The position numbers and the translations under genes were made by a program. The notes under the pieces were generated by a model, which did not search any database, was not told where the DNA came from, and saw only the letters and a program-made list of their open reading frames with translations. This document shows positions 35,953-49,034 of a stretch of 64,000 bases of DNA, piece by piece; within the stretch, counting starts at the first letter, position 1, and every line of letters starts with the position of its first letter. This DNA comes from Octopus sinensis (taxonomy: Eukaryota). The stretch lies in the NCBI RefSeq assembly GCF_006345805.1, contig NC_043005.1:46438001-46502000 (forward strand), written 5' to 3'.

Positions 35953-38880
35953 ATGCCGGATCCTAGGTCCTACCTCCTCACCCTCCATCACCGTTGAAGG
36001 ATCATCTACGTTCGCTTCCTGTATATTGCCTTCAGCCGTCCGTAATCTCTCTCTCTCTACTTCTTTTTAAAAAAACCCGCTTCTCTAGCCATGTCTTTTC
36101 CTAAGCCGCTGCCTACATCACCGACTCATCCCTAAAGGTTTTCCGCCTCCACTTCCACCCCCTCTCCACTCGGATTCTTCCATCTTACCATACTCCGCAC
36201 CACATCTTACCACCGCCTTATGCGGGCCACCATTCTCCCAATCTCTCCAAACTACATGCCATCAACCGCCTTCTTCCTCCTGCTTTCTCCACCTTCTTCT
36301 CCTCTCTGCCGCCTCTCTATGCTCCAAACACGCTACGCTTCATTATCCATTTGAATCAACTCTTCCATCAATTTCTTTCTGATACCAAACTTCGTAAACT
36401 CCAATCACTCTTCCATTCCACCCTACCCGACGCCACTACCCCAACTCCTCCACAACCCTTCTCCCCCCCGATAGGCTCCATCCACCACCCACACCTAACC
36501 CTACTGCCCCTCCCTACAACCCCTTCTCCCCTCCCGTTAGGCTCCATCCACCTACACCTAACCCTACTGCCCGCCCAACCACCCCCACACACCTCCCCAA
36601 TCCCTCCCCCAGACCTCCACGACCTCCAGACCTCCACCACACACCACCCTCCTACTTCTATTCCACCCACCCTTCTCCACTTCCGTCTGTTGTTACCATT
36701 CCCCCCGATCTTCCCCTCTCTCTGCGCTGAACGCTCCGTCCTTGGTAGGGGTCTGCGTTTCATCCCCCTCACTCCATCCTGTAAGGAATTCCAGACGCGA
36801 GTTGATGTCCACAGCTTTGTGCGCCGTGTCCGTTGGGTGCGCATTACCACGACTCGCCACCCACACCCCACAGAGAAGATGACTGCTTCACTGGCCTGGG
36901 CCGCCGACCATCCCCGTGGACGCCTGCCCCTGGCCAGATCCTAGCAGTGGATCTTTTCGCGGGCGCTTGTCAGCGTGCATTGGAGCGGTTCAACTTCTCC
37001 AGGCGCCAACACGCCGCCTCAACATCTCCCCGGCTGAGCTCTTGGCTCTTCGTTCCCTCCAACGGCGCGCTGACATTATCATCAAACCGGCTGACAAGGG
37101 TGGAGCTGTAGTGGTGTGGCGCGCAGACCTCTATAGGGCCGAGGCTTTCCGCCAACTCAATGACACTCCTTCTATTCCCCTCTGCCCTCTAACCCCACAC
37201 GTAGCTACCAAACAGACGGTATCCTCTACCGTCCAAGACCTCATCTCGTCCTCCCGTCTCCCCCGCACCGCATCCAACCTAATTGTGCGAACCCCACGTA
37301 CCCCCCCCATTTACTTCCTCCCCAAAATCCCACAACCCCAACACCCTGGCCGCCCCATCGTCTCCGCCTGTAACTGCCCCACGGAGCTCATCTCTAAATA
37401 CCTCGACCGTGTCCTTGCCCCCCTAGTGGCATCTCTTCCCTCCCACATCCACGATACCAACCATGCTCTCCGGCTTTTCAACTCTTCTCCTTTCCTCCCG
37501 GCTCCTCCAAAATCCTTTTACTATGGACATCCAAGCCTCTATACTGTTATCCCTCACCACGAAGGACTGCAGGCCCTTCGACACTTTCTTGACCTCCGCT
37601 CTAACCCTGTACCTGACACCTCCACACTCATTCGTCTGGCCGAACTTGTCCTTACTCTGAACTGCTTCTCGTTCGCGGGCGAGTTCTACCATCAGGTCTC
37701 GGGAGTGGCCATGGGAACGCGAATGGGCCCCAACTATGCGAACCTGTTCGTTGGCTATGTTGAGGCCCAAATATTCTCTAATTTCACTGGTCCCACTCCT
37801 GAACTATATGGTCGTTATATTGACGACATTATCGGTGCCACCTCACTCTCCCGCGAACATCTAGATTCCTTCCTCTCTTTCGTCCAATCTTTCCATCCAG
37901 CCCTCCACTTCACTTCCACTATCTCCAACACCTCTGTCTCCTTCCTCGATATTTCGGTTAGCATTCTTCACTCCACTCTTACCACCTCCATTCACTACAA
38001 ACACACAGACTCACACTCATACCTCAACTTCTCTTCCTCCCACCCAGAACACACCAAGCTTTCCATCCCCTATTCCCAATTCCTCCGTCTACGTAGGCTC
38101 TGTAGTGACGACCATGACTTTGAGACTCAGTCTCAACGTATGGCTCACACACTTCACCCTACGTGGATACCCCCCTCACCACTATCCACACCGCCCTTGC
38201 CAGAGCACGGTCCGTGGACCGTGTATCTGCTCTCTCTCCCCGAACCCGCCTGTAGTCTCCCGCCTCCCTTTTCCCCTCACTTACCACCCCACGACCCTAC
38301 GTCTCCAACGCACCATTCTTCGAGCTTTCCGTCATCTCCAGTCCGACCCGTCCACTTCACACCTCTTCCCTAACCGACCCCCTCCCCTCTTTCAAACGAG
38401 CCCACACAACCTTCGAGACCTTTTGGTACATAGCTCCTTCCCTGACCCTACCTCCCAACCCGGCTCGTTCCCCTGCTCCCGCCCACGTTGCCGCACTTGC
38501 CCTTACCTCTCCAACACCACCCGCCTCACTAGCACCCACCATCGACCCTATCCCATCATCCACTCCTTCACCTGCACCTCCAGCAATATTATCTATTGCA
38601 TCTCTTGCTCTCTCTGCAATTCCTTGTACATCGGACAAACGGGACGCCGCTTGGCTGACCGGTTCGCGGAACACCTTCGTGACATCCACCTTGCGAACGA
38701 CACACCGGTCTCACGCCATTTCCGCTCCACCGGTCACTCCTTGCAACACCTATCTGTGTTCGGTTTGTCCTTACACAGAGGCCATCCGGATTCCCGTTTG
38801 CGCCGTGAACAGGAATTAATCTTCTCTCTTCTCTGCTCTTATACGCCATTTGGTCTCAACTCTCCCCCCCTCCCATCTAA
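35953..38880 (+). pseudogene. PLE polyprotein (reverse transcriptase plus GIY-YIG endonuclease), frameshifted in this assembly
   Basis: N-terminal KKTRFSSHV..SRCLHHRLIPKG; RT motifs IIIKPADKGGAVVVW, YFLPKI, GRPIVS, GVAMGTRMGPNYANLFVG, RYIDDI, FLD; linker FPCSRPRCRTCPY (Neptune-type Cys motif); endonuclease NIIYCISCSLCNSLYIGQTGRRLADRFAEH..HF..GH..REQELIF. The start codon position is uncertain. Confidence 0.9.
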
Positions 38881-39479
38881 CTACCCCCCTCTCCCACCTC
38901 CTCACCTATCCTTTCTCCCCCCCCCCACCCTACTTCTTCAGTCCTTCATCCTTTCACCTTTCATCATCCCTTTCCCCCTACTCTCCCTTCCTTCTTCCCT
39001 CTTTCTCCCTCCCCCTCTTCCCCTTCCTCTGCTCCCTCACTCCCTCTCTCCCCCTCCTCCCTCTTCCCCTCCTTTATCCCCCTCCTCCCCTTCCTTCTCC
39101 CCTTCCTCTCCTCTTCACCCTCCCCTCCCCCTCTTCTTCCCCCTCCCCTTCTCCCCCCTCTTCCCCCTCCCCCCTTTCTCCTCACTACTACACCACATGA
39201 CTTACACATCACATCACATATGATGTGCCATACTAATACACACACCAACTATACATACTATACGTACTAATACATACTAGTATACATACTTACAATACAA
39301 CACACCAACCCTATACATACACACGTCCAGACCCCGCATACGCACTTATACTCTCTCACACCACACACACATACCTATACATACCAATACGTACTAATAC
39401 ATACTAATACATACTAATACATACACCAACCCCATACATACGCATTCCAGACCAATCTTACGCACTAATACTCTCTCAT

Positions 39480-39511
<32 letters not shown>

Positions 39512-39765
39512 ACACACACATACACACCCTATACATACTAATACATGCACCAACCCTATACATACACACATCCAGACCCCTCCCACGCACTTTTAGCTGG
39601 TCCCTCAACCCATTTATCAACCCTATTATCTCCCCTTATTTCGCTCTCGCGATCTCATGTTTGATCTTTGGACCTCTGGCCGAAATCAGATCGCCATGTT
39701 GATTCGTTAGCTACTGCACGCATTTTTTTTCTCTCCTTCTTTCTGTGTTTTTCTCTCTCTGTGTA

Positions 39766-39803
39766 TCTTTCTGTTGAAGAGCGTAGGCTCGAAACGTTAA
39801 AGA
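39766..39803 (+). ncRNA. Minimal type I hammerhead ribozyme, A6U variant, in the downstream pLTR
   Basis: Same motif as 35154-35191. Confidence 0.7.
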
Positions 39804-41199
39804 CTTGTTTTATTTATATTTCCTGAGCGCCATACTAATACAATTGTTCGTTTGTTTTCCACCTGCCTTCGTCTTTTGTCTATTTTCATAAAGCTTCCCG
39901 TTATATATATATGTATATATATATGTATATATATATGTATATATGTATATATATATGTATATGTATATATGTATGTATATATATATGTATATATATATAT
40001 GTATATATATATGTATATAGTATATATATATGTATATATATATGTATATATATAAAAAATATTATATTATATATAATATGTAAGATATGTATATTTATGT
40101 ATATATGATATATATATGTATATGTTATATATATATATGTATATATAATATATAATATATAATATATATATATATATAATATATATATATATATTTATAA
40201 TATATATATATTATATATATATTATAGATATATATGACGACGAATGGTATTCCACACAGCTTCCATAAATTCATTTTCAGTTATAAGGCGTGCGTTAGCC
40301 CAATGTTATGACAGGTTGAGTTGCCCAAGATCCCGTGCATGATAATTAACAATAACCACGCATTTAGATCTGTGCTGCTACATATGATATAGTTTTATTG
40401 TTATAGCTTAATATTATATTTTTTTGTTGTTTTTCTAATTTTTTTATTGTTTCTTGTTTCAGTTATTTAATTAACCGGAACTGAACTTTCGTTACATTAC
40501 AGATAGTAGTTTAATGCGCACGCACCGCGCGTGAATCCACATACACACGCGCACAGACACGCCCACACCCACACACGTACGCGCATAACTACCTACACAA
40601 ACATCCACAGACACATACACACACACTCACATACACACAGACGCGTAACCACCTACATAAACGCATAACCACCTGCACAAACATATATAGACACACTCAC
40701 ACACACATAGACACACAGACACACAGACACACACGCACACACACACACACTCACACACACACACAGAAGCGAGCAACCAAACAAACGCATATAAAACACA
40801 TGCACACATATATTTACAATGGTGCAGAGTAATTTTGAAAATGAATCTTTCGATTTGTATGCTAAACCGAAACGAATATTTTCAATCAATTTCTCCTCAT
40901 TGAACATCAGCAGTTGTATCTTTAGTTTTGATGTTGTCTATTTGCATAATTCAGGCTCCCTACATTTCGGCGCCTCTTACGATGTCCGCTTCCCCCGAGA
41001 TAAAGTTTTGCTGACTTATTCCCGCCATGCAACTGACATGAAGGGAGACGTTTTTGATAAGGTCACTTAGAAATTCAGCTGTGCTTCATACACACCCTTC
41101 CACACACACATACGCATGCACATACACGCACACAGATGCACAAACACGCACACACTTACACTAAACACTATGTATGTATGTATGTATAAGTGGATATAT

Positions 41200-41231
<32 letters not shown>

Positions 41232-41920
41232 ATAAAAACAGACGTGTATATGTGTATATCACGTAATAAATATATTCATATTTGATATAATATGCATATA
41301 TGTGTATGCATTATATATGTATATGTATATATAGTATATATGTGTGTTTTTGTGTGTGGGTGTGTATGTATGTATATATATATATATATATATATAATAT
41401 AATATAATATATAATAAACATATGTATATGTGTGTGTATATAGTTTACGATCGAGAAACCTAGGTGGAAATATACTTTTGAATATTAGTAGAGAACCTAA
41501 AGAAGTCGGAGGAGGTGGAGGAGGAGAAAGGACAAGATAAATGGAAGAGAAACAAATGATTGAGATTTTAGTGAGTGTAAATAAATGTATAAATAAATAA
41601 ATAGATAAAGAAGGCACATTTGTGGGCGTGTAGTCAAGGACCTTGCTTTCTAGGCATGCGGTGTTGGGTTCAGTCCCACTTCCCGGCACTGCGGACAAGT
41701 AAAGCACCGGCATATCTGTAGATATATCTGTATGTATGTATGTATGTATGTATGTATGTATGTATGTATGTATGTATGCATGTATGTATGTATGCATGCA
41801 TGCATGTATGTATGTATGTATGTATGTATGTATGTATGTATGTATGTATGCATGTATGCATGTATGCATGCATGTATATATATGTATGTATGTAAATATA
41901 TATGTATGTATATCTATATA

Positions 41921-42085
41921 GGCGCAGGAGTGGCTGTGTGGTAAGTAGCTTGCTTACCAACCACATAGTACCGGTTTCAGTCCCCTGCGTGGCCATCTTG
42001 GGCAAGTGTCTCTGTCTATAGCCCCGGGCCGACCAATGCTTTGTGAGTGGATTTGGTAGACGGAAACTGAAAGAAGCCTGTTGTA

Positions 42086-42129
<44 letters not shown>

Positions 42130-42374
42130 ATTATATATAAATAGTGTGTGTGTGTGTGTTGTGTGTGTGTGTGTGTGTGTGTATGTTTGTGTGTCTGTGT
42201 TTGTCCCCCAAGCATTGCTTGACAACTGATGCTGGTGTGTTTACGTCCCCGTCACTTAGCGGTTCGGCAAAAGATACCGATATAGAATAAGTACTGGGCT
42301 TACAATGAATAAGTCCCGGGGTCGATTTGCTGAAAATGACTGAAACAAGTAAAAGAGTAAAAGAGTAAAGAGAG
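41921..42374 (+). mobile_element. SINE type A, full length
   Basis: ggcgcaggagtggctgtgtggtaagtagc...gactgaaacaagtaaaagagtaaaagag. Confidence 0.9.
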
Positions 42375-42455
42375 TATATCTATATGTATATGTATATATA
42401 TATATTTTTTTTTATTTATCTGCCTTCGACCTTGTATTCTACCTCTCACTCTCTC

Positions 42456-42495
<40 letters not shown>

Positions 42496-43074
42496 TGAGA
42501 GAAAGAGGGGTGAGAGAGAGAAAGAGGGGTATGAGAGAGAGAGAGAGGGGAGAGAATGAGAGAGGGAATGGATAATTAGAGAAGCATTAGATGTTTCGTT
42601 CGACTGGAAGAATGAAGTGAGTTTGAAAAGCAAGATGGCGAAGGATGAAAGAAGAAGAGAGGAGAGGCAAAGTGAAACTCTTGTGAGAAAAAGGAACGGA
42701 CCGAGCCAGAAAAAGCTATTGTATCATTAGAGAAATTGTATGATTAATAGAAAGGAAGGACATAAGGTGGAATTGATGTAATCTCTCTCGTACAGAGATG
42801 TAAACTTAGATACGGAAAAGGACGGAGTTGGGAAGGGGAGAAGAGTATGTGTGGAGAAAGTGACGGTGAGAGACGAGGAGTTAGAGAAAGAAATACGTGA
42901 AAAGGGGAGTGTGAATGAGGGGGGGGAGCAGGTTTTTATTAGAGAGAAGAGGAAGATAGGAACATAGGAATGGTAAGGTCGTTTATCGTTAGATCATTAG
43001 TGACTGGTGAAATCAGAGTAAGTTGAAAGTGTAGGAGCCATGGCTGGCTTTAATTAGTGGTATTTCAAATGCAG

Positions 43075-43440
43075 AGAGAGAGAGAGGGGGAGAGACACAG
43101 AGAGAAAGAGAGAGAGGGAGATAGAAAGCGTGAGAGAGAGAAAAAGAAAGAGAGAGAGAGGGGGAGAGACACAGAGAGAAAGAGAGAGAGGGAGAGAGAA
43201 AGCGTGAGAGAGAGAAAAAGAAAGAGAGAGAGGGGAGAGAAATTGTATATATATATGTACCTGAGAGAGAGAGAGAGAGAGAAAGGCAGAGAGAAGGAAA
43301 GAGAGGGAGAGAGAGAGAAAGGCAGAGAGAAGGAAAGAGAGAGAGGGAGAGGGAGAGAGAGAGAAAGGCAGAGAGAAGGAAAGAGAGGGTGAGAGAGAGA
43401 GAGAAAGTGTGTGAGAGAGAGATAGAGAGAGAGAGAGAGG
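43075..43440. repeat. (GA)-rich polypurine tract with internal higher-order duplications
   Basis: Directly visible, e.g. gagagaaaggcagagagaaggaaagagag is repeated. Confidence 0.9.
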
Positions 43441-43654
43441 TGGCAGATCCTGATCAACTCGAAACAACTTGAAGCAACATGCTAAAATTCGTTCGAAGAC
43501 CATCCATTTGTTCAAATTTAAACAAGTATAAATAACTTTCACCAGGACCAGTAGCAGTACTACCACCACCACTACCACTAACCACCACCACCACCACAAC
43601 TACTACTATCACCACAATAAAAACAATAATGATAATTATAATTCTACTATAGGC

Positions 43655-43832
43655 ACAAGGCCTGAAATTTTGGGAGAGGGAGTAAGTCGATTACATCGAT
43701 CGCAGTACACTGGTAGTTATTTCATCGATCCCAAAAGGATGAAAAGCAAAGTCGACCTCAGGTGGAATTTAAACTCAGAATGTAAAGAGGGACGAAATGC
43801 TGCTAAGCATTTTGTCCGGCGTGCTAACGATT
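43655..43832 (-). mobile_element. SINE type B
   Basis: aggcacaaggcctgaaattttggg...gtcgacctcaggtggaatttaaactcagaa...ccggcgtgctaacgatt. Confidence 0.8.
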
Positions 43833-43865
43833 TTGTAAGCTTGAAGTCTTCATTATAATATAAAT

Positions 43866-44310
43866 TAAAAAGAACATGCATGATAATCGACATAGCATAC
43901 CCCGGTGAGAACAGTATCAATGTGAAAGAAGAAGAAAAACTGAACAACTATAACGATTTGAAGTGGGAAATACGAAGGTTGTGGTCAATGAAGAGAGTAG
44001 ACGTGATACCGATAGTAATTGGTGCACTTGGGAGTATCATCACTCGACTACCAGCATGGCCGAAAAAGATTGGTGCGAGTGCGAAGGTAGAACGCCTTCA
44101 TAAATCAGCATTGCTTGGAACTGCAAGAATTCTTCGCAGGCTTCTTGAAGTATGACCAGTAAACAAGTGTCACTTTAGTCTGCTGGCTGTGGACAGCTGA
44201 CACTTTCCATCATACCCAGCAAAATAAGCTGTGAGTTTTCATCACATAATGACAATAATAATAATAATAATAATAATAGTAATAATAATAACAATAATAA
44301 TAATAATATG
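43866..44310 (+). mobile_element. R4/Dong-like non-LTR element, 3' fragment (restriction-like endonuclease C-terminus) ending in (TAA)n
   Basis: KRTCMIIDIAYPGENSINVKEEEKLNNYNDLKWEIRRLW..VIPIVIGALG..LHKSALLGTARILRRLL*, then a short 3' UTR and (AAT)n; Dong elements are known to target TAA repeats. Confidence 0.8.
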
Positions 44311-44860
44311 ATGCAGTACCAGGCAGTGGCTCTCATGGCTTCTGATCTTAACTGATTGGAAGTGTTATCATGTACATTGTTTTGCCTTGGTATAAAAGAT
44401 GGGCTACAGCAAATATTCTGCTCAATACCACAGATTTGCTTGTCAGTTGTTTGACCTTAACCAGTTGAGCATGTCCCTTAGTGGCTGACGATATGTGCAT
44501 CTCTGATCATGAACAGAAGTAGTGGAGGAGCATCATAGCCATGTGTTGAGAGGGATTATTTGGGAGTTTGAATAATTCACCTCTGGAAACATGGGTGTTT
44601 CGTTCAACATCCTTAAACAACCCTTATTCAGGGACCTTTTGAGCGGGATGGGCTACTCGACCAGAATAAAATTCTAACTGAGCCCCACCTGCAAGGTCAT
44701 GCACTGTTTATCTTGATATGAGATTACCATGTCGCACACATATGGTTGTGATGCACGTGGCTAGTGTACCCTTATCAGACGGGTGGACATGATGGGTATA
44801 CTGGGCTTCGTATATTTTACCCCAGTGTCAGTTTGATGGCATGCACTGCTCCCACACTCA
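44308..44860. mobile_element. ~550-bp non-coding insert bounded by (AAT)n arrays, unclassified
   Basis: Sharp composition change relative to the flanks, (AAT)n on both sides, and a position between two R4/Dong fragments. The call as a repeat rests on recognition only. Confidence 0.4.
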
Positions 44861-44885
44861 ATAATAATAATAATAACAATAATAA

Positions 44886-45045
44886 TGCCTGGACAGGAAA
44901 ACAAGAAAAATACTAACTTCTAAGAACACGCACCGCCCAAAAGCAGATGTTGATCGCTTGTACGTACCTAGATGTAATGTTGGAAGAGGAATGACGCAGG
45001 TGAAGATGTGCTATAAGACCTCCACAATAGCAATGAATAGACCAT
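44886..45045 (+). mobile_element. Second R4/Dong-like fragment (post-RT region)
   Basis: Translation HRPKADVDRLYVPRCNVGRGMTQVKMCYKTS resembles the conserved H-PK-DVDRLY-PR--GGRG motif of the R4 clade; follows (AAT)n. Confidence 0.7.
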
Positions 45046-45655
45046 TCCTTGAAATTGCTGTGTGCCAAAATATGAAATCATAATAGATAACGTGTGTGTG
45101 TATGAGAGTGTATGTATATGTTCGTGTGTGTACGCAAGCGTGAAAGAAAATCTTGAGAGCCGCTTAAAATAAATTTGTCGGTGCACAAATACGGGCTAGA
45201 GTAGAAGACACTCGCCCAAGGTACCACGCAGTGAGACTGAACCCGAGGCCATGTTGTTGGGAAGTAAGCTTCATACCGGACAGCCGTGGATAATTTACAC
45301 CGATATGCTTACATATCGAGAGTTCGAGAGAATGACAAAAATATTTGGAAAATAACTTTATTCTTGACTTTGAGGCTCATAGATATTTAAGTAAAAATCC
45401 AGTGGCTCAAATGCACCATTGTTTGATGTATAAATATGGATTAGTAAAAATGCATGTGTTTTATCTTTGATCTCTTACTTCTTTCAGTTTTTACACTGCG
45501 GCCATGCTGGGGCACCACTTTGAAGAATCTTTAGTCGAATAAATCAAACTCCGTACTAACTTTTTTAAAGTCTAGTATTTATTCTATCGGTGTCCTTTCC
45601 CGAATCACTAGATTACGAGAACGTAAATATACCAGCACCGGCAATGAAGCGATGG

Positions 45656-45712
<57 letters not shown>

Positions 45713-46254
45713 GAGTTTCTTTTAGTTTCTGTCTACCAAATCTACCCTAAAGGGTTTGGTCGGTCCGAGGCTATAGTAGAAGACAGTTGCCCAAGGTACA
45801 ACGCAAGGGTAATGAACATCACCGGCAGTATTAAGGTGGCGTGTTGGTAGAATAGTTATCGCACCGGGTAAATGCTAAGCAGGATTTTGTCTGTCCTGAT
45901 GTTTTGAGTTCAAATTGTGTCGAGGTCGACTTTGCCGCCATCCTCTCGCGGAGTGGGGTTGGGGGGCATAAAATAATTAGCAGTTGAATTGACTTTGTAA
46001 TTGACGGTGTAATTGACTTTCCCCTCCCCTGGAATTGCTTGCCTTGTATCAAAATTTGAAACCAGTATAAATTGTCTTGTTGAAAATTCATACTTACAAT
46101 ATGATGTACACAAGCATATTGAATCTTATAAAATAAAATTGGCAGAATGTGAGAAACGATTGTAAGAATAGTTTAGTAGACCAGGAGAGAGGACTCTACG
46201 GAAACATAAAAGAGTAACTACAATTAACAGGATAGTTGTTGAAAATGAATTACA

Positions 46255-46975
46255 CAGGCGTGGCTGTGTAGTAAGGCTTGTTTCTCAACCTCGTGGTCCT
46301 GGGTTCAGTGCTTCTGCGTGGTACCTTGGGCAAGTGTCTTCTGCTGTAGCCTCGAGCCGAGTAAAACCTTGGGAGTGGATTTGATCGACGAAAACTAACA
46401 GAAGTCCGTCGTATATATATATATATATATTATATAATATATATATATATATGTGACCCGGACCGCGGTGTATCGTTGGTGATTTTTCCCCCGTCTTCCC
46501 TTCTTGGATCTTCACTTTTCTATGTTTTGACGAAGAGCTCAGCTCGAAACGTTAAATCCTTCTTTCTTTCTTTTCTGAGAGGTCCAATAACACTATACTT
46601 GTTCCACGTCCTCGCGTTGTTGTGTTCTCTCTTTGTGTTTACATGTTTGGATTAACGATATTATATATTATAATATAATATATATTATTATATATATATA
46701 TATCTTATATATATATATATATATACATATATATATGTATGTATGTATATATCAATGTGTGTGCATTTCTTTGACTGTCCCCACCATCATTCTTTGACAA
46801 CCGGTGTTGATGTGTTTATGTCCCCGTAACTTACCGGTTCGGCAAAAGAGACCATTAGAATCAGTAATAGGCTTAAAAAATAAGTTCTGGGGTCGATTTG
46901 TTCGACTAAAACCCTTCAAGGCAGTGCTCCAGCATGGTCGCAGTCAAATGACTGAAAGAAGTAACAGAATAAAAG
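46255..46975 (+). mobile_element. SINE type A split by a TA tract that contains an HHR element
   Basis: Head and body at 46255-46410, 3' half at about 46770-46975; (TA)n and the 46453-46657 element lie between. Confidence 0.8.
46453..46657 (+). mobile_element. ~205-bp solo pLTR-like element with an HHR motif (C3U variant, weak stem I)
   Basis: TTGACGA-A-GAGC-tca-GCTC-GAAAC-GTT-aaatcc at 46527-46559; homologous to 49327-49554; TA-flanked. Confidence 0.75.
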
Positions 46976-47342
46976 AAAAGAATGAGTCAAAGAGGAAACC
47001 TCTTAGCCGTCGCTTAGCCTGTCATAAAGAGCAGTCAATTCACTTTCCAGCCACACATTGTACCGTCTTCGAAAGCATAGAATGACACTTTAGATGAAAA
47101 ATTTTAAAATGTCTTAGAAAACCTGCCTGAAATAAAAAGACAATGGTTACTGTTGAAATATCTTTGCTTGTGGGTTTATAGGCTTACTGATTCAGAGCTT
47201 ACATGAAGCTAAGCAATAACAAAGACTACAACGACAAGAAGCGAATTAAAAGAACCAAATGCACTTGGACTATAGAATAATGAATACTTTATAAAAAAAC
47301 TGTTCAAACAGAGCACGTTATGCATTATACCCTCATCATAAA

Positions 47343-47560
47343 GCGGAATTAATAATATATTACCAAAACAGCAAAATGTTTCAATTTTATGTCATTAACA
47401 ACGGACCATAAGCCTTGCAATACACTTAAACCTCAGTTGACTAATGTAATTTATAAATGTGTATGCAAACATGAAAGTTGTGCACTTCATAATTCTAACT
47501 GTTACATTTAACACACAAGTACGACACCGTCTCTCTGGCAATTACCAGGCAATTACGGCA
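47343..47560 (+). mobile_element. Decayed PLE fragment (linker plus GIY-YIG) from a family other than the Neptune element
   Basis: AELIIYYQNSKMFQFYVINN / TNVIYKCVCKHESCALHNSNCYI*HTSTT fits the PLE pattern IYYxNxK..NN..TNVVY-C-x-C..YIG-T-TT, with a stop and a frameshift. Confidence 0.65.
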
Positions 47561-48208
47561 AGACACCATTGTAACGCATTGCATTATAATATACAAAACA
47601 AACTAGATAATAGAAAAACATTAGTCAATCCCTGAAATCACACTCCTATCGCCTTGGAAAAAGGACATATTTGATAATGTAATCCGGGGTACATTATGTA
47701 TGAAAAAAAAAGAAGAAAAAATCATGAACGGGATGATTATTAGTGGAATGCTTTTGATCATAATGTCTGTTAGATCAGGGATGATTTCGGACTAAATAAT
47801 AACAAAAGAGACAAAAAAGTAAATAAAATAAATATAAAAAAACCCCAGTCATATAGAATTCTCCGCAAACCTAGAACATTAGTCATGGAAGCTTTATTAA
47901 TAGCAAAATATAACACAACCATTAAAACACAAATAACGTAGTATAGTAGCAAAATAGCAGGAATCAACGAGGCAGCCACTAAGTGGTCACAAGATATGCT
48001 AAAAGTAGCAGTAAAATTTCCCTAGAATCTAATTTTTCAGTTTTAAAAAGAAGCTAATTTAAATAATGTAAGCAGAAGATACTTTGAAACTGACTACATT
48101 GTTTAACGTGTATGAAAAACGAAATGGATTTGCTCTATCAGAGCTGAAAAGATAACGAGAAATTCTGAATGATAATGATATAGTTTTCAGTACAAACGCA
48201 CACACACA

Positions 48209-48242
<34 letters not shown>

Positions 48243-48404
48243 GAGGCTGTGTGGTACGGGGCTTCCTTCCCTATCACACGGTTCCGGGTTCAGTCCCACT
48301 GTGTGACACCTAGGGAAGTATCTTCTACTATAGCTTCGGGCTGACCAAAGCCTTCTGCGCGGATTGCTAGAAGGAAACTGAAAAAGGCTCATCGTATATA
48401 TATA

Positions 48405-48636
48405 TATTTCTTTACTACCGACAAGGGGCTAAACATAGAGGGGACAAACAGGGACAGACAAAGGGATTAAGTCGATTACATCGACCCCAGTGCGAAACTG
48501 GTACTTTATTTATCGACCCCGAAAGGATGGAAGGCAAAGTCTACCTCGGCGGAATTTGAACTCAGAACGTAACGACAGACGAAATAAGCTAAGTATTTCG
48601 CCTTGCGCGCTAACGTTTCTGCCAGCTCGCCGCCTC
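48405..48636 (-). mobile_element. SINE type B
   Basis: tttctttactaccgacaaggggctaaacatagag...cgctaacgtttctgccagctcgccgcc. Confidence 0.88.
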
Positions 48637-48700
48637 AATAAATAAATAAATAAATAAATAAATAAATATATATATATATGTATACATATATACATGTATC

Positions 48701-48895
48701 TATACATATATATATATTTATATATGTATACACATATACATGTATTTATACATATATATATATTTATATATGTATACACATATACATGTATTTATACATA
48801 TATATATATTTATATATGTATACACATATACATGTATTTATACATATATATATATTTATATATGTATACACATATACATGTATTTATACATATAT
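48701..48895. repeat. 46-bp minisatellite (about 4 units) built from TA-rich sequence
   Basis: tatacatatatatatatttatatatgtatacacatatacatgtatt repeats from 48701 with period 46. Confidence 0.85.
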
Positions 48896-48949
48896 TATAT
48901 ATGTATTTATATATGTATACATATATATATATGTGTGTATATATGTGTA

Positions 48950-48993
<44 letters not shown>

Positions 48994-49034
48994 TATATAT
49001 CTATATATGTGTGTGTATATATGTGTATATATGT

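Larger units (their letters stand above)
35291..39902 (+). mobile_element. Penelope-like element, Neptune-type, full unit
   Basis: 5' T-rich region, RT plus GIY-YIG ORF, and a 3' region ending ..cataaagcttcccg followed by (TA)n; strongly C/T-rich plus strand. Confidence 0.92.

Noticed and set aside
40819-41070. 83-aa ORF in non-repetitive sequence
   Set aside because: No motif recognised in any frame and no convincing splice sites.
47765-47800. Minus-strand GAAA-TCATC-C-CTGATCT type II hammerhead-like order
   Set aside because: G8 is absent and there is no stem I.
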